From an uncultured Verrucomicrobiae bacterium (lineage in GTDB: Bacteria > Verrucomicrobiota > Verrucomicrobiia > Limisphaerales > Palsa-1400), in the NCBI GenBank assembly GCA_963702845.1, contig OY969763.1, positions 5,952,001 through 6,016,000 of the forward strand: a DNA stretch of 64,000 nt. The letters run 5' to 3'. Every line of letters begins with the position of its first letter. The stretch's first letter is position 1. Below, in pieces: positions 1 through 11,969 of the stretch. The translations under genes and the position numbers were made by a program. Under the pieces are notes generated by a model. That model did no database searches and was not told the DNA's origin. It saw only the letters and a program-made list of their open reading frames with translations.

Positions 1-82
1 TGTAGCGCGATACCAATTCGCGAAAGGCTGTTTCGGAACCGTTCTCCGCGTAATCCGAAAGCAATTGGCTGGTTTCGCTCAT
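1..82 (-). CDS. ECF-type sigma-70 RNA polymerase sigma factor, N-terminus only (runs off window start)
   Basis: Minus strand from ATG at 82 reads MSETSQLLSDYAENGSETAFRELVSRY, a typical ECF region-1.2/2 start (LL..Y...GSE.AF.ELV.RY). Confidence 0.75.
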   Translation of the reverse strand, partial: MSETSQLLSDYAENGSETAFRELVSRY

Positions 83-196
83 CTCTTTAAGAGTAAGAAC
101 CCGCTGGAATTGAAAACCGAACAAATAATTTTGGGTCGAACCGGGAGTTAAACGGCTTGTTTAGGTGCGTGGGGTCGGGGTAGCATACGATTGGAA

Positions 197-754
197 ATGA
201 GTGTTCCATCCCAGGTCGTTCTTGGTGTTACGGGCTCCATTGCTGCTCACAAGGCCGCCGATCTTGCTTCTCTGCTCACAAAGGCAGGTTGCAACGTGCG
301 CGTGGTCATGACGGCGGATGCGCAGAAGTTTATAACGCCGCTGCCATTCAAAACGCTTTCGCGCAATCCGGTCGTGACGGATTTGTACGACGAGGAGGAA
401 GGTTGGAAACCAACCCACATTCGACTCGCTGATGAAGCGAATTTGATGGTGATCGCGCCCGCGACGGCGCAGACGATCGCGAAACTGGCACACGGTTTGG
501 CCGACGATGCGCTGACGTGCATCGTCCTTGCGCTGAATCCTGAGGCGAAGATGTTGGTTGCTCCCGCGATGAACGGAAAGATGTGGATGCATCCTGCAAC
601 TCAGGAAAATGTCGCGACACTCAAAAAACGCGGCGTGCAATTTATCGGTCCTGATAAGGGAATGCTGAGCTGCGGCTACGAAGGCCTGGGACGTTTATGG
701 AATGTTGAGGAGATTGCGAAACAGGCAGTCGCTTTATTAGGCAAACAGGCATGA
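197..754 (+). CDS. coaC: Phosphopantothenoylcysteine decarboxylase (stand-alone CoaC flavoprotein domain)
   Basis: GVTGSIAAHKA, HIRLA, APATA and APAMN motifs plus SCG..G.GR; lacks the CoaB domain; stop overlaps next ATG. Confidence 0.9.
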   Translation: MSVPSQVVLGVTGSIAAHKAADLASLLTKAGCNVRVVMTADAQKFITPLPFKTLSRNPVVTDLYDEEEGWKPTHIRLADEANLMVIAPATAQTIAKLAHGLADDALTCIVLALNPEAKMLVAPAMNGKMWMHPATQENVATLKKRGVQFIGPDKGMLSCGYEGLGRLWNVEEIAKQAVALLGKQA

Positions 755-2356
755 ACGTCCCCGGCGGGCAAATCTTTCAAAAGCTGACCCGGTTGCTCGC
801 CGCGCCAACGGTCGAACCGAATCAGCGCGCCGCGCGCATTCTCGCGGTGGAAAAAGACATCGTCATGCCGATCAAAGGCCTGCTGGTGTTGATCCTGATT
901 GTTTGGTTCCTGCAAAACCATTCGTCGCCTGACGTTCCCGAAATGGCGTTGTTGAGCGAAAGCGCGCGACAAATGACGTGGTCGTGGATTCGAATCTTTT
1001 TTTGGTTCTATATAGCAGTAAACGGCGCGATGGCCGGTTTTTATATTTCCGGCCGACCTTCGTCTCTGAAGGCAATTCAATGGACGGTGTTCGCAATGGG
1101 CGTGCTGGATTGCGCGCTGATCGTTGCACTCACGTTTTTGACGAACGGTTACGACACGATTGTCTATTGGGCCTTTCCAGTTTTGATTTTGCGCAATGCG
1201 ATGTCGATTCCAGTCGCATTTCCGCAACTTGCTTTGAACGTCCTGTTGAGTTGTTGTTACCTGTTTGGCGGTATGGCGGATAAGGCGGCGAGAATTTCTG
1301 ACGGCGCGCGCTGGAATATTTTGCAGAAAATCGACAAGGCCAACATGGACGCACTCAAGCGCGAGAAGGAGAAGGAGCGCTCGACGCAAAGCCGAGATCA
1401 TGTCGGCACGAATACGCACCACACAGTGCACTCCGCTGTTCTGTCGTCGCCGGAAGCGGCGGCGCAGGCGATCAATAGCGCCAGTCCCGAAGAGTTTAAA
1501 GCTGCGTGGAACACCGCTCTGGCTGACTACGAGAGCCGTCCGGACCGCGAAGATCAACGGGAACGATTTATCGTGCTGCTAACCTGGGCAATCTGTTGCT
1601 ATGGGATTCAAGCGCTATTCGAGAAACAAAAGAAGGCTGAGGCTGAAGCGACCGAATTTGCCGTTCGCCAGGAACGTTTGCACACCGCAGGCCGGCTCGC
1701 CGCGGAAATTGCCCACCAAATTAAAAACCCACTGGGCATCATCACTAACGCTGCGTTCTGCCTGCAGCGCTCAGTTCATGAGGGCAGCACGGCCGTCGAC
1801 GAACAGGTGCAGATTATTCGTGAAGAAATTCATCGCGCCGACCAGATCATCACCGAGCTGATGGGCTACGCGCAGCTGGCCGAAGGCACCGTAGAGAAGC
1901 TCGAGGTTGATACCGAAGTGGATCAGGCGATTCTCGACGTGTTCCCGCGCGCTTCTAAATACGACATTTTGATCCGACGCGATTACGCGCCGACCTTGCC
2001 GGCGTTGCTTATGCAAAAGCGGCATTTTTCGGGTGTGCTGGTAAACATCATTCAAAACGCGCGCGAAGCGATGAATGGCCACGGCCAGATCGACGTAACG
2101 ATCCGCTATGACGAAAACGAATCTATTTTGATTACTATTGGCGATAACGGACCGGGCATTGCACCAGACAAAATCGATAAAATTTTCCAGGCCTATTTCA
2201 CGACGCGCGCAAAAGGCACTGGCCTTGGTCTGGCCATCGTTAAGCACAACACTGAAATGTACGGTGGCACGGTGCACGTTGGAATCGGAGCTTGGAAAGG
2301 GCACACGGTTCCTGCTAAAATTCCCGGCGAGGATTTTAATGAAACTGAATAAATGA
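751..2356 (+). CDS. Membrane sensor histidine kinase; one-base frameshift near 2280
   Basis: Several TM helices, H-box AHQIKNPL, N-box NIIQNA, DNGPGI and GTGLGL. The proper C-terminus ESELGKGTRFLLKFP is in the 2138..2356 frame, whose stop overlaps the regulator ATG. Confidence 0.88.
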
Positions 2357-3768
2357 GACGGCCCCTTCCCCCAGTTCTCGTAGTCGACGACGAAAAGAAC
2401 ATGCGTCTGTCCCTGCGCTCGATTTTAGCGGGCGAAGGTTATGACATGCGTCTGGTCGAGTCGGCAGAGGAAGGTCTTGCGCATTTGGAGAAGGAAGAAT
2501 TCTTCATGGTCATCACCGATGCGCGCCTCGGCGGGATGAGTGGTTATGAATTTCTGAGCACGGCGTGCAAGCGTTGGCCGAAGACGCCATTTCTGATGAT
2601 TACGGCGTATGCGACGCCGAAGCTCGCGGTCGAAGCGATCAAGTCAGGTGCAATCGATTATCTTGCGAAGCCGTTTGCCCCGGAAGAATTGCTCCACGCC
2701 GTAGCGCGTTGCGCGGAACGCTTTCATCTCTTGCGTGAAAATGCGACGTTGCGCGAGCATGCGGTGGAAGTTTACCACCTCGATCGTATCGTCGGCCAAT
2801 CGCTGAACATGGTGGACTTGCGCAAACTCATTCAAAGCGTCGCGCCGACAAATGCGACGGTTTTGATTTTGGGCGAAAGCGGCACGGGCAAGGAACTGAT
2901 TGCCGGTGCGTTGCACAGTTTAAGTCAGCGTAAAAACAACAATTACATTCGCATCAACTGCGCGGCCATTCCCGAGAACTTGCTGGAAAGCGAACTGTTT
3001 GGCCACGAAAAGGGTGCCTTTACCGGCGCGATTCGTCAGAAACTCGGCCGAGTTGAAGAGGCTGATGGCGGCACTATTTTCCTGGACGAAATCGGTGATA
3101 TGAGCCGGCCGCTGCAAGCGAAGCTGCTGCGGTTTTTGGAAGATGGCACATTCACGCGAGTCGGCGGTAATGACGAATTGAAGGTTGACGTGCGCCTCAT
3201 CGCCGCCACGAATCGCGACATCATCGAAGCGATCCGTCAAAATAATTTTCGGGAAGACTTGTTCCATCGATTGAACGTCGTGCAGTTCCGTCCACCGCCC
3301 TTGCGCGAGCGTGGTACTGATGTTGTGGTGCTGGCTGAGAATTTCCTCGCCCACTACAACCAGTCGATGAATAAACACGTTAAAGGGTTGTCCAACGCTG
3401 CAAAACAAAAGCTGTTGGGTCATCATTGGCCGGGCAACGTGCGCGAGCTTCGTAATGTCATCGAACGCGCGGTCATTTTGGAAACGGCAGCGGAAATTCA
3501 ACCCGGCAGTCTGCCGGATTTCCACCTCGAAGGCCGGTTGCGCAAGTCCGAAGACGCGCCAGCAATCGCGACAGGGGATCGGTCGCTCGACGATATTATG
3601 GCGGATTTCGAACGACAGCTCGTCAGCAATACCCTGGAACAAAATCGTTACAATCTTTCTAAGACCGCCGAACAGCTCAAAATCAGTCGTCATGCTTTGC
3701 GGTATCGCATGCAACGGCTGAATATGAGCACGGATGGGCAGGGTGACGAACCCGGCGCACCGGTGTAG
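2353..3768 (+). CDS. Sigma54-dependent response regulator (NtrC/AtoC family: REC, AAA+, Fis HTH)
   Basis: VVDDE receiver, GESGTGKE, ESELFGHEKGAFTGA, WPGNVRELRN and C-terminal HTH. Confidence 0.95.
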   Translation: MRRPLPPVLVVDDEKNMRLSLRSILAGEGYDMRLVESAEEGLAHLEKEEFFMVITDARLGGMSGYEFLSTACKRWPKTPFLMITAYATPKLAVEAIKSGAIDYLAKPFAPEELLHAVARCAERFHLLRENATLREHAVEVYHLDRIVGQSLNMVDLRKLIQSVAPTNATVLILGESGTGKELIAGALHSLSQRKNNNYIRINCAAIPENLLESELFGHEKGAFTGAIRQKLGRVEEADGGTIFLDEIGDMSRPLQAKLLRFLEDGTFTRVGGNDELKVDVRLIAATNRDIIEAIRQNNFREDLFHRLNVVQFRPPPLRERGTDVVVLAENFLAHYNQSMNKHVKGLSNAAKQKLLGHHWPGNVRELRNVIERAVILETAAEIQPGSLPDFHLEGRLRKSEDAPAIATGDRSLDDIMADFERQLVSNTLEQNRYNLSKTAEQLKISRHALRYRMQRLNMSTDGQGDEPGAPV

Positions 3769-3774
3769 TTTTCA

Positions 3775-3798
3775 GTAGCAGCCGACGTAAGTAGGCTC
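3775..3798 (+). repeat. GTAG-type REP-like palindrome (GTAGCAGCCGACGTAAGTAGGCTC)
   Basis: Related copies at 7135-7158 (minus) and 56187-56208. Confidence 0.7.
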
Positions 3799-3810
3799 TA
3801 ACTTCCAAAC

Positions 3811-5007
3811 GTGTTTATTGATGAAGTCAAAGTGTATGCGCGCGCCGGACACGGCGGTAAAGGCTGCGTTGCCTTTCTGCGCGAGACGTTCCGTCCCAAA
3901 GGCGGCCCAAGCGGCGGCAATGGGGGGCGCGGCGGCAATGTCATTCTTCAGGCCGATCACGACCTGAACAATCTCATCAATCAATTCTACACGCCACGCT
4001 TGCTTGCCCAGGATGGCGAGGCAGGAATGGGTAAGGGGATGGACGGGCACGCGGGAAAAGATCTCATCATCAAGGTTCCTTGCGGAACGCTTGTATGGAA
4101 ACTTCGCGACACGACACCGAGCAACGATCCGGAAGCCGATGAGGACGAGGGTGAAGAATCCGAGGTGCCGGTGAAAAAACCGATGGGGTTCATGACCAGC
4201 ACGAGTAATCGTCCAGTGCTTCGCCGTGCCGGCGCCGACCGTGCTATGGAAATTGATTTGTCGGAAGAAAGCGAAACCGAATCTACCAAGCCGATCGAAG
4301 AAGGCGAGTTGGTGGCTGACCTCACCGAACATGGTCAGCAATTTATTTTATGCAAAGGCGGCCGCGGTGGTTTGGGCAATCGCAACTTTGCGACAGCGCG
4401 TCGTCAAACACCGCGTTTTGCTCAACCTGGCGAGCATGGGCTTGAAGGAGACTATCGACTGGAACTGCGCATCATAGCGGAGGTCGGTCTCGTCGGGTAC
4501 CCGAATGCCGGAAAGTCGACTCTTCTGACTGCAATTTCCAAGGCACGTCCAAAAGTCGCCGCGTATCCTTTCACGACTCTCCATCCGCAAATCGGCATCG
4601 TCGAGTATGCCGATTTCAAACGCCTGACCGTTTGTGATGTGCCGGGTTTAATCGAAGGCGCGCACAACAATGTGGGACTCGGCCACAAGTTCCTGCGCCA
4701 CATCGAGCGCTGCAAACTCATCGTGCTCTTGCTCGACATGGCTGGGACTGACAACCGAAAGCCCTGGGACGATTACAAGCAACTGCTCAGTGAGCTCGAG
4801 CTTTACGATGAAGGGCTTGTGGATAAACCGCGAATCGTCGTTGCCAATAAAATGGACGAAGCTGTCGCTGAAGAGAACTTGAAGGCCTTCAAACGTAAAT
4901 TCCGCAAGGTGCCTGTCCTTCCGATTTCGGCGGCATTTGACGAAGGTGTCGCGAAGTTCAAAGATACCATTCGCGAAGCTGTCGTAGTCGCAGAGAAGAC
5001 AGACTGA
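3811..5007 (+). CDS. obgE: GTPase ObgE/CgtA with a long acidic insertion
   Basis: MFIDEV start, glycine-rich Obg fold, [18 protein letters not shown] and NKMD. Confidence 0.96.
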   Translation: MFIDEVKVYARAGHGGKGCVAFLRETFRPKGGPSGGNGGRGGNVILQADHDLNNLINQFYTPRLLAQDGEAGMGKGMDGHAGKDLIIKVPCGTLVWKLRDTTPSNDPEADEDEGEESEVPVKKPMGFMTSTSNRPVLRRAGADRAMEIDLSEESETESTKPIEEGELVADLTEHGQQFILCKGGRGGLGNRNFATARRQTPRFAQPGEHGLEGDYRLELRIIAEVGLVGYPNAGKSTLLTAISKARPKVAAYPFTTLHPQIGIVEYADFKRLTVCDVPGLIEGAHNNVGLGHKFLRHIERCKLIVLLLDMAGTDNRKPWDDYKQLLSELELYDEGLVDKPRIVVANKMDEAVAEENLKAFKRKFRKVPVLPISAAFDEGVAKFKDTIREAVVVAEKTD

Positions 5008-5065
5008 GCCCGCGTTCGGACGCGCTCGTTTGACACTAAATTCCGCTGCCCGTACGTTTGTTGTT

Positions 5066-7096
5066 ATGTTCGAGCTCGTCTCGTCTTATCAGCCAGCTGG
5101 AGATCAGCCCAACGCCATTGCGAAGCTGACCGAAGGCGCATTGGCTGGCGCGAAGCATCAGACGTTGGTCGGCGTGACTGGTTCCGGGAAAACATTCACG
5201 GTAGCGAACGTGATCAAAAACGTTCAGAAACCGACGTTAGTCATCTCGCACAATAAAACATTAGCGGCGCAACTTTACGCTGAGTTTAAAAGTTTCTTTC
5301 CTCGAAATGCTGTCGAATATTTCGTCAGCTATTTCGATTATTATCAGCCAGAGGCTTACATTCCGCGCACAGACACGTTCATCGAAAAAGATTCGAGCGT
5401 GAACGAAGAAATCGAACGGATGCGCCTCTCGACCATGAGTTCGCTCATGACCCGCCGTGATGTCGTTGTGGTCGCGAGCGTCTCGTGCATCTACGGCATC
5501 GGCAGCAAGGAAGACTACGAAGCCCTGATCCTGCCGCTTCGCCTCGGCCCTGGCGTCTCACGCGATCAAGCGCTGGGCCGTCTCGTCGACCTGCAATATT
5601 CCCGCAACGACATTGCGTTCGAACGTGGCCAGTTTCGGGTGCGTGGCGATGTGGTCGAAGTGCGTCCTGCCGGACGCGAAGATGCGTTGCGTATCGAATT
5701 CTTTGGCGAAGATATTGAGCGCATCACCTATTTCGAGCCGCTGACCGGCGAGAAACTTGATTCGCCAGATTCGGTTATTATTTTTCCGGCGAAACAATTC
5801 GTTACTCCTGAAACGAAAATCAAACGTGCTTTGCTGGCGATTCGCGAAGAACTCGGTGATCGCATCGCCTGGTTTGAAGCGCGCGGCAAACTCATCGAAG
5901 CGCAACGCATCAAGATGCGCACCGAATATGATCTGGAAATGATGGAAGAAATGGGTTTCTGCTCCGGAATCGAAAATTATTCGCGCCACCTCGCGCAACG
6001 TCCGCCGGGTTCGCGGCCGGGCACGCTCATCGATTTTTTTCCGTCCGATTACATGCTCATCCTTGACGAGTCGCATGCGACCGTTCCGCAAATTGGCGGT
6101 ATGTATGCCGGTGACAAGTCGCGAAAAACCGTTCTTGTCGAACACGGTTTCCGTCTGCCGAGCGCATTGGACAATCGGCCGCTGAACTTCGAGGAATTCC
6201 AATCGCTCCAGGGACAGACCATTTACGTCAGTGCAACGCCGCAAACCCAGGAACTCATCTGGTCGCAGGGCCGCGTTGTGGAACAAATTGTGCGCCCGAC
6301 AGGCTTAATCGATCCCACGATTACGATTAAACCGCTCAAAGGCCAGATCGACGATTTGATTGAAGCAGTTCGTAAGTGCATCGACAAAAAAGAACGCACA
6401 CTCGTCACGACATTGACCAAGCGCACTGCTGAAGAATTGACAGATTACCTGCGCGATATCGGCATCAACGTCCGGTATTTGCACAGTGAAATCGATGCGA
6501 TCGAACGCGTGGAAATCTTGCGCTCGCTGCGCAAAGGCGACTTCGATGTCCTCGTGGGCATTAACCTGTTGCGCGAAGGTCTGGATCTGCCCGAAGTGTC
6601 GCTCGTTGCCATTCTCGATGCTGACAAAGAAGGTTACTTGCGCAGTGCAACCAGTCTCATCCAGACCGCCGGTCGCGCCGCTCGCCACATTAATGGTGAA
6701 GTCATCCTCTACGCCGACGTGATCACGGAGAGCATCAAAAAGTTTCTTCACGTGTCCAATTATCGTCGTGAGAAACAACTCGCCTATAACAAAGAGCACA
6801 ACATCACACCCAGAACAGTCGTTCGTGCGGTTGAGGACAGTTTGGCCGTTTATCAGAACACCCGCAAAAGAGCCGACCACCTTTTGCGCGAAGGTAACGC
6901 CGATTTCGACGTCACCCAGACCATTGCTCAACTTCAGCAGGAGATGGTGGAAGCGGCGGATAATTTACAGTTCGAGCGCGCCGCCCTGTTGCGCGATCAG
7001 GTCCGCGAGTTGAAGCAATCTGTCGGCGAGCCTGCTCCCAAGGCGCAGTCCAAAGCTTCGTATCGCAAACAGAAGCGGTCGCAGGTTCGGCCTTAG
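5066..7096 (+). CDS. uvrB: Excinuclease ABC subunit B
   Basis: [42 protein letters not shown] and UVR domain; start set at ATG 5066. Confidence 0.97.
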   Translation: MFELVSSYQPAGDQPNAIAKLTEGALAGAKHQTLVGVTGSGKTFTVANVIKNVQKPTLVISHNKTLAAQLYAEFKSFFPRNAVEYFVSYFDYYQPEAYIPRTDTFIEKDSSVNEEIERMRLSTMSSLMTRRDVVVVASVSCIYGIGSKEDYEALILPLRLGPGVSRDQALGRLVDLQYSRNDIAFERGQFRVRGDVVEVRPAGREDALRIEFFGEDIERITYFEPLTGEKLDSPDSVIIFPAKQFVTPETKIKRALLAIREELGDRIAWFEARGKLIEAQRIKMRTEYDLEMMEEMGFCSGIENYSRHLAQRPPGSRPGTLIDFFPSDYMLILDESHATVPQIGGMYAGDKSRKTVLVEHGFRLPSALDNRPLNFEEFQSLQGQTIYVSATPQTQELIWSQGRVVEQIVRPTGLIDPTITIKPLKGQIDDLIEAVRKCIDKKERTLVTTLTKRTAEELTDYLRDIGINVRYLHSEIDAIERVEILRSLRKGDFDVLVGINLLREGLDLPEVSLVAILDADKEGYLRSATSLIQTAGRAARHINGEVILYADVITESIKKFLHVSNYRREKQLAYNKEHNITPRTVVRAVEDSLAVYQNTRKRADHLLREGNADFDVTQTIAQLQQEMVEAADNLQFERAALLRDQVRELKQSVGEPAPKAQSKASYRKQKRSQVRP

Positions 7097-7134
7097 CAGA
7101 GGCAGGTTTGAACATATTAGATGAATAAAAGTTA

Positions 7135-7158
7135 GAGCCTCCTCACATCGGCTGCTAC
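7135..7158 (-). repeat. GTAG-type REP-like palindrome
   Basis: Reverse complement GTAGCAGCCGATGTGAGGAGGCTC matches 3775-3798. Confidence 0.7.
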
Positions 7159-7170
7159 AATCTTTGGCTG

Positions 7171-9604
7171 ATGGTTGCCGTCCAAACAAAAGAACGCGCA
7201 TGGATCACCGCACTCGGTATTCTGGTGCTGACGCTTCTGGTGTATTCGTCCGCAATTCAGAATGGCGGATTCATTTGGGACGATAATGCGTTGCTCACGG
7301 ACAACGCGGCCATCAAAGACAACGCCGGGCTTCATACAATCTGGTTCACAACGAAACTCGTAGATTACCTGCCAGTGACTTCGACGTCGCTGTGGATCGA
7401 ATGGCGTCTGTGGCACACGAACCCGCTGGGGTATCATTTTACGAATGTGCTTTTGCACGCGATTAACGCGATTTTGCTGTGGCGCGTTTTAAAACGGTTG
7501 CGCATTCCCGGTGCGTCGGTAGCGGGGTGGCTGTTTGCTGTTCATCCCGTATGTGTCGCTTCAGCGGCGTGGATTGCCGAACGGAAAAACACTCTCTCAA
7601 TGGTTTTTTACCTGTTGAGCATTTTGCTTTTCCTTCGGTTTGATGATGAATGCGCGAAACCGAAAGCAAAGGGTGCGGGCAAATGGTTCGCGCTCTCTCT
7701 TTTCGCATTCGCGTTCGCGCTGCTGTCGAAAGGTTCTGTCACCGTGTTGCCGGCGGTGTTGCTCTTGCTGGTTTGGTGGCGGCACGATCGCATTACACAA
7801 AAAGATTTTGTTCGCACGTTGCCGTACTTCGCGATGTCTGCTGCGTGCGCTGGCGCCACAATCTTGCTGCAACATCGCGGGATGGGGCTTCCGGAGGACA
7901 GCCTGTTGGTGAGATTGCTCGCGTGGGACGCGCGCGTTTTGGTTCTACATTTGGAAAGACGTTGCGCCGGTAAATCTGACCATGGTGTATCCACTTTGGC
8001 CCGTGTCGCTGAGCCATTGGGTGACTTACGTTCCGGTGGTCGGCGCGCTCCTACTCATTCCTGTGCTTTGGCATTTCCGGTTCACGTGGGGAAAAGCCGT
8101 CCTGTTTGCGCTTGCGTACTTCGTCATTGCGCTCGCGCCGGTGCTCGGTGTCTTCAACATGGCCTACTTCGCAATCTCGCGCGCTTCAGATCACCTACAA
8201 TACCTCGCCATTCCCGGTATTATCGCGCTCGTCGCCGCTGCGGGTTCGTATCTAATCGAAAAGAAACAACCTCGTGCTTGGCACGTAATTGTCGGTGCGT
8301 TCCTGGTAATACTTTGCGGGCTGACGTGGAATCATTCGAAAATCTTTGCCGTCCCCGAAACACTTTGGGCTGACAACGTGGAGAAGAATCCGACCTCATG
8401 GCGCGTGCGTAACAGCTATGGCGCAGCTTTATTTAAAAACGGCAAAATGGACGAAGCCATTGTCCAATACAAAGCCGGCCTTGCCGTTGATCCCGCCGCC
8501 GGCGATTTGCATTACAATCTCGCCAACGCCTATTACAAACAGCAGAAGCGCGAACTGGCGGTGATTGAATTTTCGCAAGCGCTCACGAACGCATCGGAAC
8601 CGTTCAATGCACAAAACAATCTTGGCCTCGTTCTCGGCGAACTTGGCCGTCACAAAGAAGCTGTTCCTCATTTTCGCGAAGCGATCAAAGGCAAGCCGAC
8701 ATGGCAAGAGGCGTATCGCAACCTCGGCGATGCGTTGCTCAAGAGCGATCAAACAGCCGATGCGGTCACCGTATTTGAACAGGCTTTGCAGTTGGAGCCG
8801 AATGATAGCGGTGCGCACAATGGTCTTGGTGCAGCGCTGGAGAAAAAAGGCGATTTAGACCGCGCAAGTCAGGAATTCGAGCTCGCCACCAAACTTAATC
8901 CCAACGACACCACTGCCCGCCAGAATCTTGCACTCGTGCTCAACAAAAAAAGTCAGCTTGCGGAAACGACTGGCCGTGTCGGTGATGCCATCACTCAACT
9001 CCAAGCTGCTATCCAACTGAGCCCAACGAACGCCTCATTGCACAATTCGCTCGGGGCCGCGTTCGATCACTCGGGCAGGCTGGACGATGCGCTCGCGCAG
9101 TTCGACGAAGCGTTGAAACTCAATCCAACAAACGTCACAGCGATGAAAAATCGCGGTCTGGTTCTTTCCCGCAAAGGTCGTGGCGCCGAAGCGATTGCCG
9201 CGTTCGAAAGCGCACTCCGTGTGAAGCAGGACGACGCCGATCTTCACAACGAAATTGGTAATGCACTCGGTCGGGCCGGTCGAGTGGACGAGGCGTTGCC
9301 GCATTTCCAAAAAGCCGTCCAAATCGATCCAACACTCGCGGCCGCACAAAACGGACTCGGTGCGACTCTTCAGGAGAAAGGCCGCATTGACGAGGCCATC
9401 ACGCACTTTCAGGAAGCCATTCGTTTGAAACCCGACCTGTCGCGTGCCCATTTCAATCTCGGTGTGGCGTTGGTGAAGAAGAACCGGCGCGACGATGCCA
9501 TCGCGCAGTTCAAGGAAACACTTCGACTGCAACCGAACTACATCGACGCGCAGAAATATCTCCGGGCGCTCACGTCGACACCGGGCAGCGAAGCCAGCCG
9601 TTAA
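7171..9604 (+). CDS. TMTC-like membrane glycosyltransferase (GT-C fold) with C-terminal TPR array; frameshift near 7922
   Basis: FIWDD, GYHFTNVLLH, FAVHP..V..AAWIAERK and LLSK motifs in 7171..8373; continues as 7982..9604 with SDHLQY and many TPRs. Confidence 0.85.
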
Positions 9605-11358
9605 TTGCAGAGCGACCACATCAGAATCGCAGACGCCGTCCCATCCATTGTTGGTTCGTTGCTGGAGTAGTCGTGGATTGTATCGTGATAAACGGCCAAT
9701 TCGCTTTGGAATGGCGCGTCGCGATCAGGTTCCGGCACGCTGACACCTTTCAACGTTTTGAAAATGCGTTCGTAGACTGGTCCGTCCACCAGCCCCCCGC
9801 GCACGGAACGTCCCGTCAGCTTCGTGGTGATTAAATGCGGATCGCGGGGATAACGCCCGCCCTCGGGCATCCCAAGAAACATCGACGTGCCCCACGGATT
9901 GCGGCCCATCAACCAATCGCGATTTTTGCACAGGAACTCATGATAGCGCGTATCGCCCGTCATGCGCTCGTAAAGCAGGCATTGCGTCACCAGTGACGCG
10001 AGCAGATTGTTCGAACACCAGATAAATGGCACGCCGACGCGATAAGGATTCTTCTGGGACATCCGGACACACTGGTCGATTCCGTCGCGATAATATCCCG
10101 CGAGCACCTTTTGGAAATCCTGGTCGACATAATCGTAGAGTGCGAAATGGCCCAGGTTGATGAAAGGGTAGTATTGGTAGTGCCCAGTTTGTTCTTTGCC
10201 CATCCACGTGTCATTGCCAGCGAGTTTGGCGTAACGCTTCGCGTCCTCGAGAAACTCCTTCAAGTCGGACACGCCATATAAAACAGCGGCGCCCCATTCC
10301 ATATCGTCGGCCCAAGTTGTTTCGGCGTAGCGATAAGGCTGGCTGTAGGAGTTGCCTTGCTGCACGCCGGGATGTGCTTTCCCCAGCGAATACACGTCGA
10401 GGCCGGCCTGGAGACATTTCTGCGCGAATGCCGGATCGATGTCCCGGAATGCAATGCTCGCGAGACCCATGGCCGCAGTATAACGTCCGGCAAGATTAGC
10501 AAGGCCGGTCGAATCACTTTGGTATTTCAGCAACCCCTGAGGTTTACCGTCCGCGAAATAAACCACACGATTGCTTCCGGAGCCCCAGCCGTAATCCACG
10601 ATTTCCTTATTCGGCAAACGCATCCCGCTATGGTCGCGATCATCGGCGACCTGATGATAAAGCTGATTGGGCGCCGGGTGCAGTTTCAACATCCACTCCA
10701 ATCCCCAACGCACCTCGTCCAGAATATCCGGCACACCGTTCGGTTTCGCTTTTCCGCGCGCGTCGAAATGGTCGGCGAACTTGATCGTTTTGTGCCGAAG
10801 ATCGTAAGCGACCAACATTTGTGCCGTCGCATTCCCTGAAGTGAGCAGATACTTCAGCAAATCCGCGGCATCGTGCCATCCACCGGTCGCATCAATCAAT
10901 GTGCCTGGCGGTAACGGCCCGTAAGCGGTGCGCCCGTCATTGGTGTGGCACGGCGCTTGAAGAAACGGATTGTAGCCGCAGCGCTGCTCGCGCATAAATT
11001 CCAGCAATACATCCGGCAACTGGCCGTAAGGCGCTTCAGCAATGCGAATCGGAACGGACATTGCACCGACGCGCACAACCAGGTTTGTTCCGGGAGTAAC
11101 CACACGCGAGAGGTCGAGTTCGGCGTGATGTTTCCACTTTCCCCAATTGGCGTTCGTGATTGGCTTGGAAACACCTTCCAACAACACTTGGCTGCCGCGT
11201 TCGACCGTGAAGTTGCGCGGCAGTTCGGAATCGGAAAACGCAATAGCAATTTTCGAGTCGTGCAGTTCATATCCGCTCTGGTTAACGCGGATAAACGTCT
11301 CGCTTCTGCACGGCAATAGTTGAACCGCCAACGCGAGCACAGCGACAAACCACTTCAT
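9601..11358 (-). CDS. Glycoside hydrolase family 9 protein with signal peptide and N-terminal Ig-like domain
   Basis: IRVNQSGY, GGWHDAAD, WADDMEWGA, LMGRNPWG and SNEPTMDG motifs. Confidence 0.9.
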   Translation of the reverse strand: MKWFVAVLALAVQLLPCRSETFIRVNQSGYELHDSKIAIAFSDSELPRNFTVERGSQVLLEGVSKPITNANWGKWKHHAELDLSRVVTPGTNLVVRVGAMSVPIRIAEAPYGQLPDVLLEFMREQRCGYNPFLQAPCHTNDGRTAYGPLPPGTLIDATGGWHDAADLLKYLLTSGNATAQMLVAYDLRHKTIKFADHFDARGKAKPNGVPDILDEVRWGLEWMLKLHPAPNQLYHQVADDRDHSGMRLPNKEIVDYGWGSGSNRVVYFADGKPQGLLKYQSDSTGLANLAGRYTAAMGLASIAFRDIDPAFAQKCLQAGLDVYSLGKAHPGVQQGNSYSQPYRYAETTWADDMEWGAAVLYGVSDLKEFLEDAKRYAKLAGNDTWMGKEQTGHYQYYPFINLGHFALYDYVDQDFQKVLAGYYRDGIDQCVRMSQKNPYRVGVPFIWCSNNLLASLVTQCLLYERMTGDTRYHEFLCKNRDWLMGRNPWGTSMFLGMPEGGRYPRDPHLITTKLTGRSVRGGLVDGPVYERIFKTLKGVSVPEPDRDAPFQSELAVYHDTIHDYSSNEPTMDGTASAILMWSLCN

Positions 11359-11462
11359 CTCTGGAGATTAACCATAGCCGTACGCCCGCACAGCGAAAAA
11401 TTCACAACCTTATTCGAGCATTGCAAAAACACGCGAAAAACTAGTATGAATAACAGGACGAA

Positions 11463-11951
11463 ATGTTAACGGTTGCCGACCAATTGCGCTCAGCGCGCGA
11501 AGCTCAAAACCTGACCGTTCACCAGGTCGCCGAAATCACGAAGATCCGCACGGATCACATCCGAGCTTTGGACGAAGGCAATTACGACGTTTTTTCCGCG
11601 CCGGTTTACATTCGCGGCTCCGTTCGCGCCTACGCCATCGCAGTGAAGTTAGATGTTCCTCGAGTGTTGGAAACGTTGAGCGAGGAACTGGGGCGTTCGC
11701 CACGACACCAGGGTCCACCTGCACTAACGCGACGCAAACGCACCGTGCTGGACGTGATCATGTATCAATGTTCCAAGTTGCAATGGCGCGTTGTTCTTCC
11801 TGGCCTCGCGGTGATTGCGACGGTTCTGATCGGCTACTTCATCTACAAATCCTGGAGCGAACAACGGACGAAAAACCCGCTCGCCGGAGTTAAGCCCGGA
11901 ATTTATAAGCCGAACAAAAGTAACGGCGTAACTCTGCCGTTGCCGAAATAG
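11463..11951 (+). CDS. RodZ-like HTH protein with a single TM helix
   Basis: LRSAREAQNLT..QVAEITKIR..HIRALDEG.Y..APVYIRG followed by a TM segment. Confidence 0.85.
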   Translation: MLTVADQLRSAREAQNLTVHQVAEITKIRTDHIRALDEGNYDVFSAPVYIRGSVRAYAIAVKLDVPRVLETLSEELGRSPRHQGPPALTRRKRTVLDVIMYQCSKLQWRVVLPGLAVIATVLIGYFIYKSWSEQRTKNPLAGVKPGIYKPNKSNGVTLPLPK

Positions 11952-11969
11952 GCGGGCTTTCGAAAAGTC

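Noticed and set aside
676..1557. Long antisense ORFs (also 2920..3714, 15283..16188, 33918..34814, 47878..48633)
   Set aside because: They overlap well-supported genes and lack motifs, as expected in GC-rich DNA.
2270..2290. Programmed frameshifting in the kinase or other split genes
   Set aside because: No slippery heptamer or stimulatory structure seen; indel error is the simpler explanation.
5008..5065. LexA/SOS box before uvrB
   Set aside because: No convincing dyad found in the short intergenic region.
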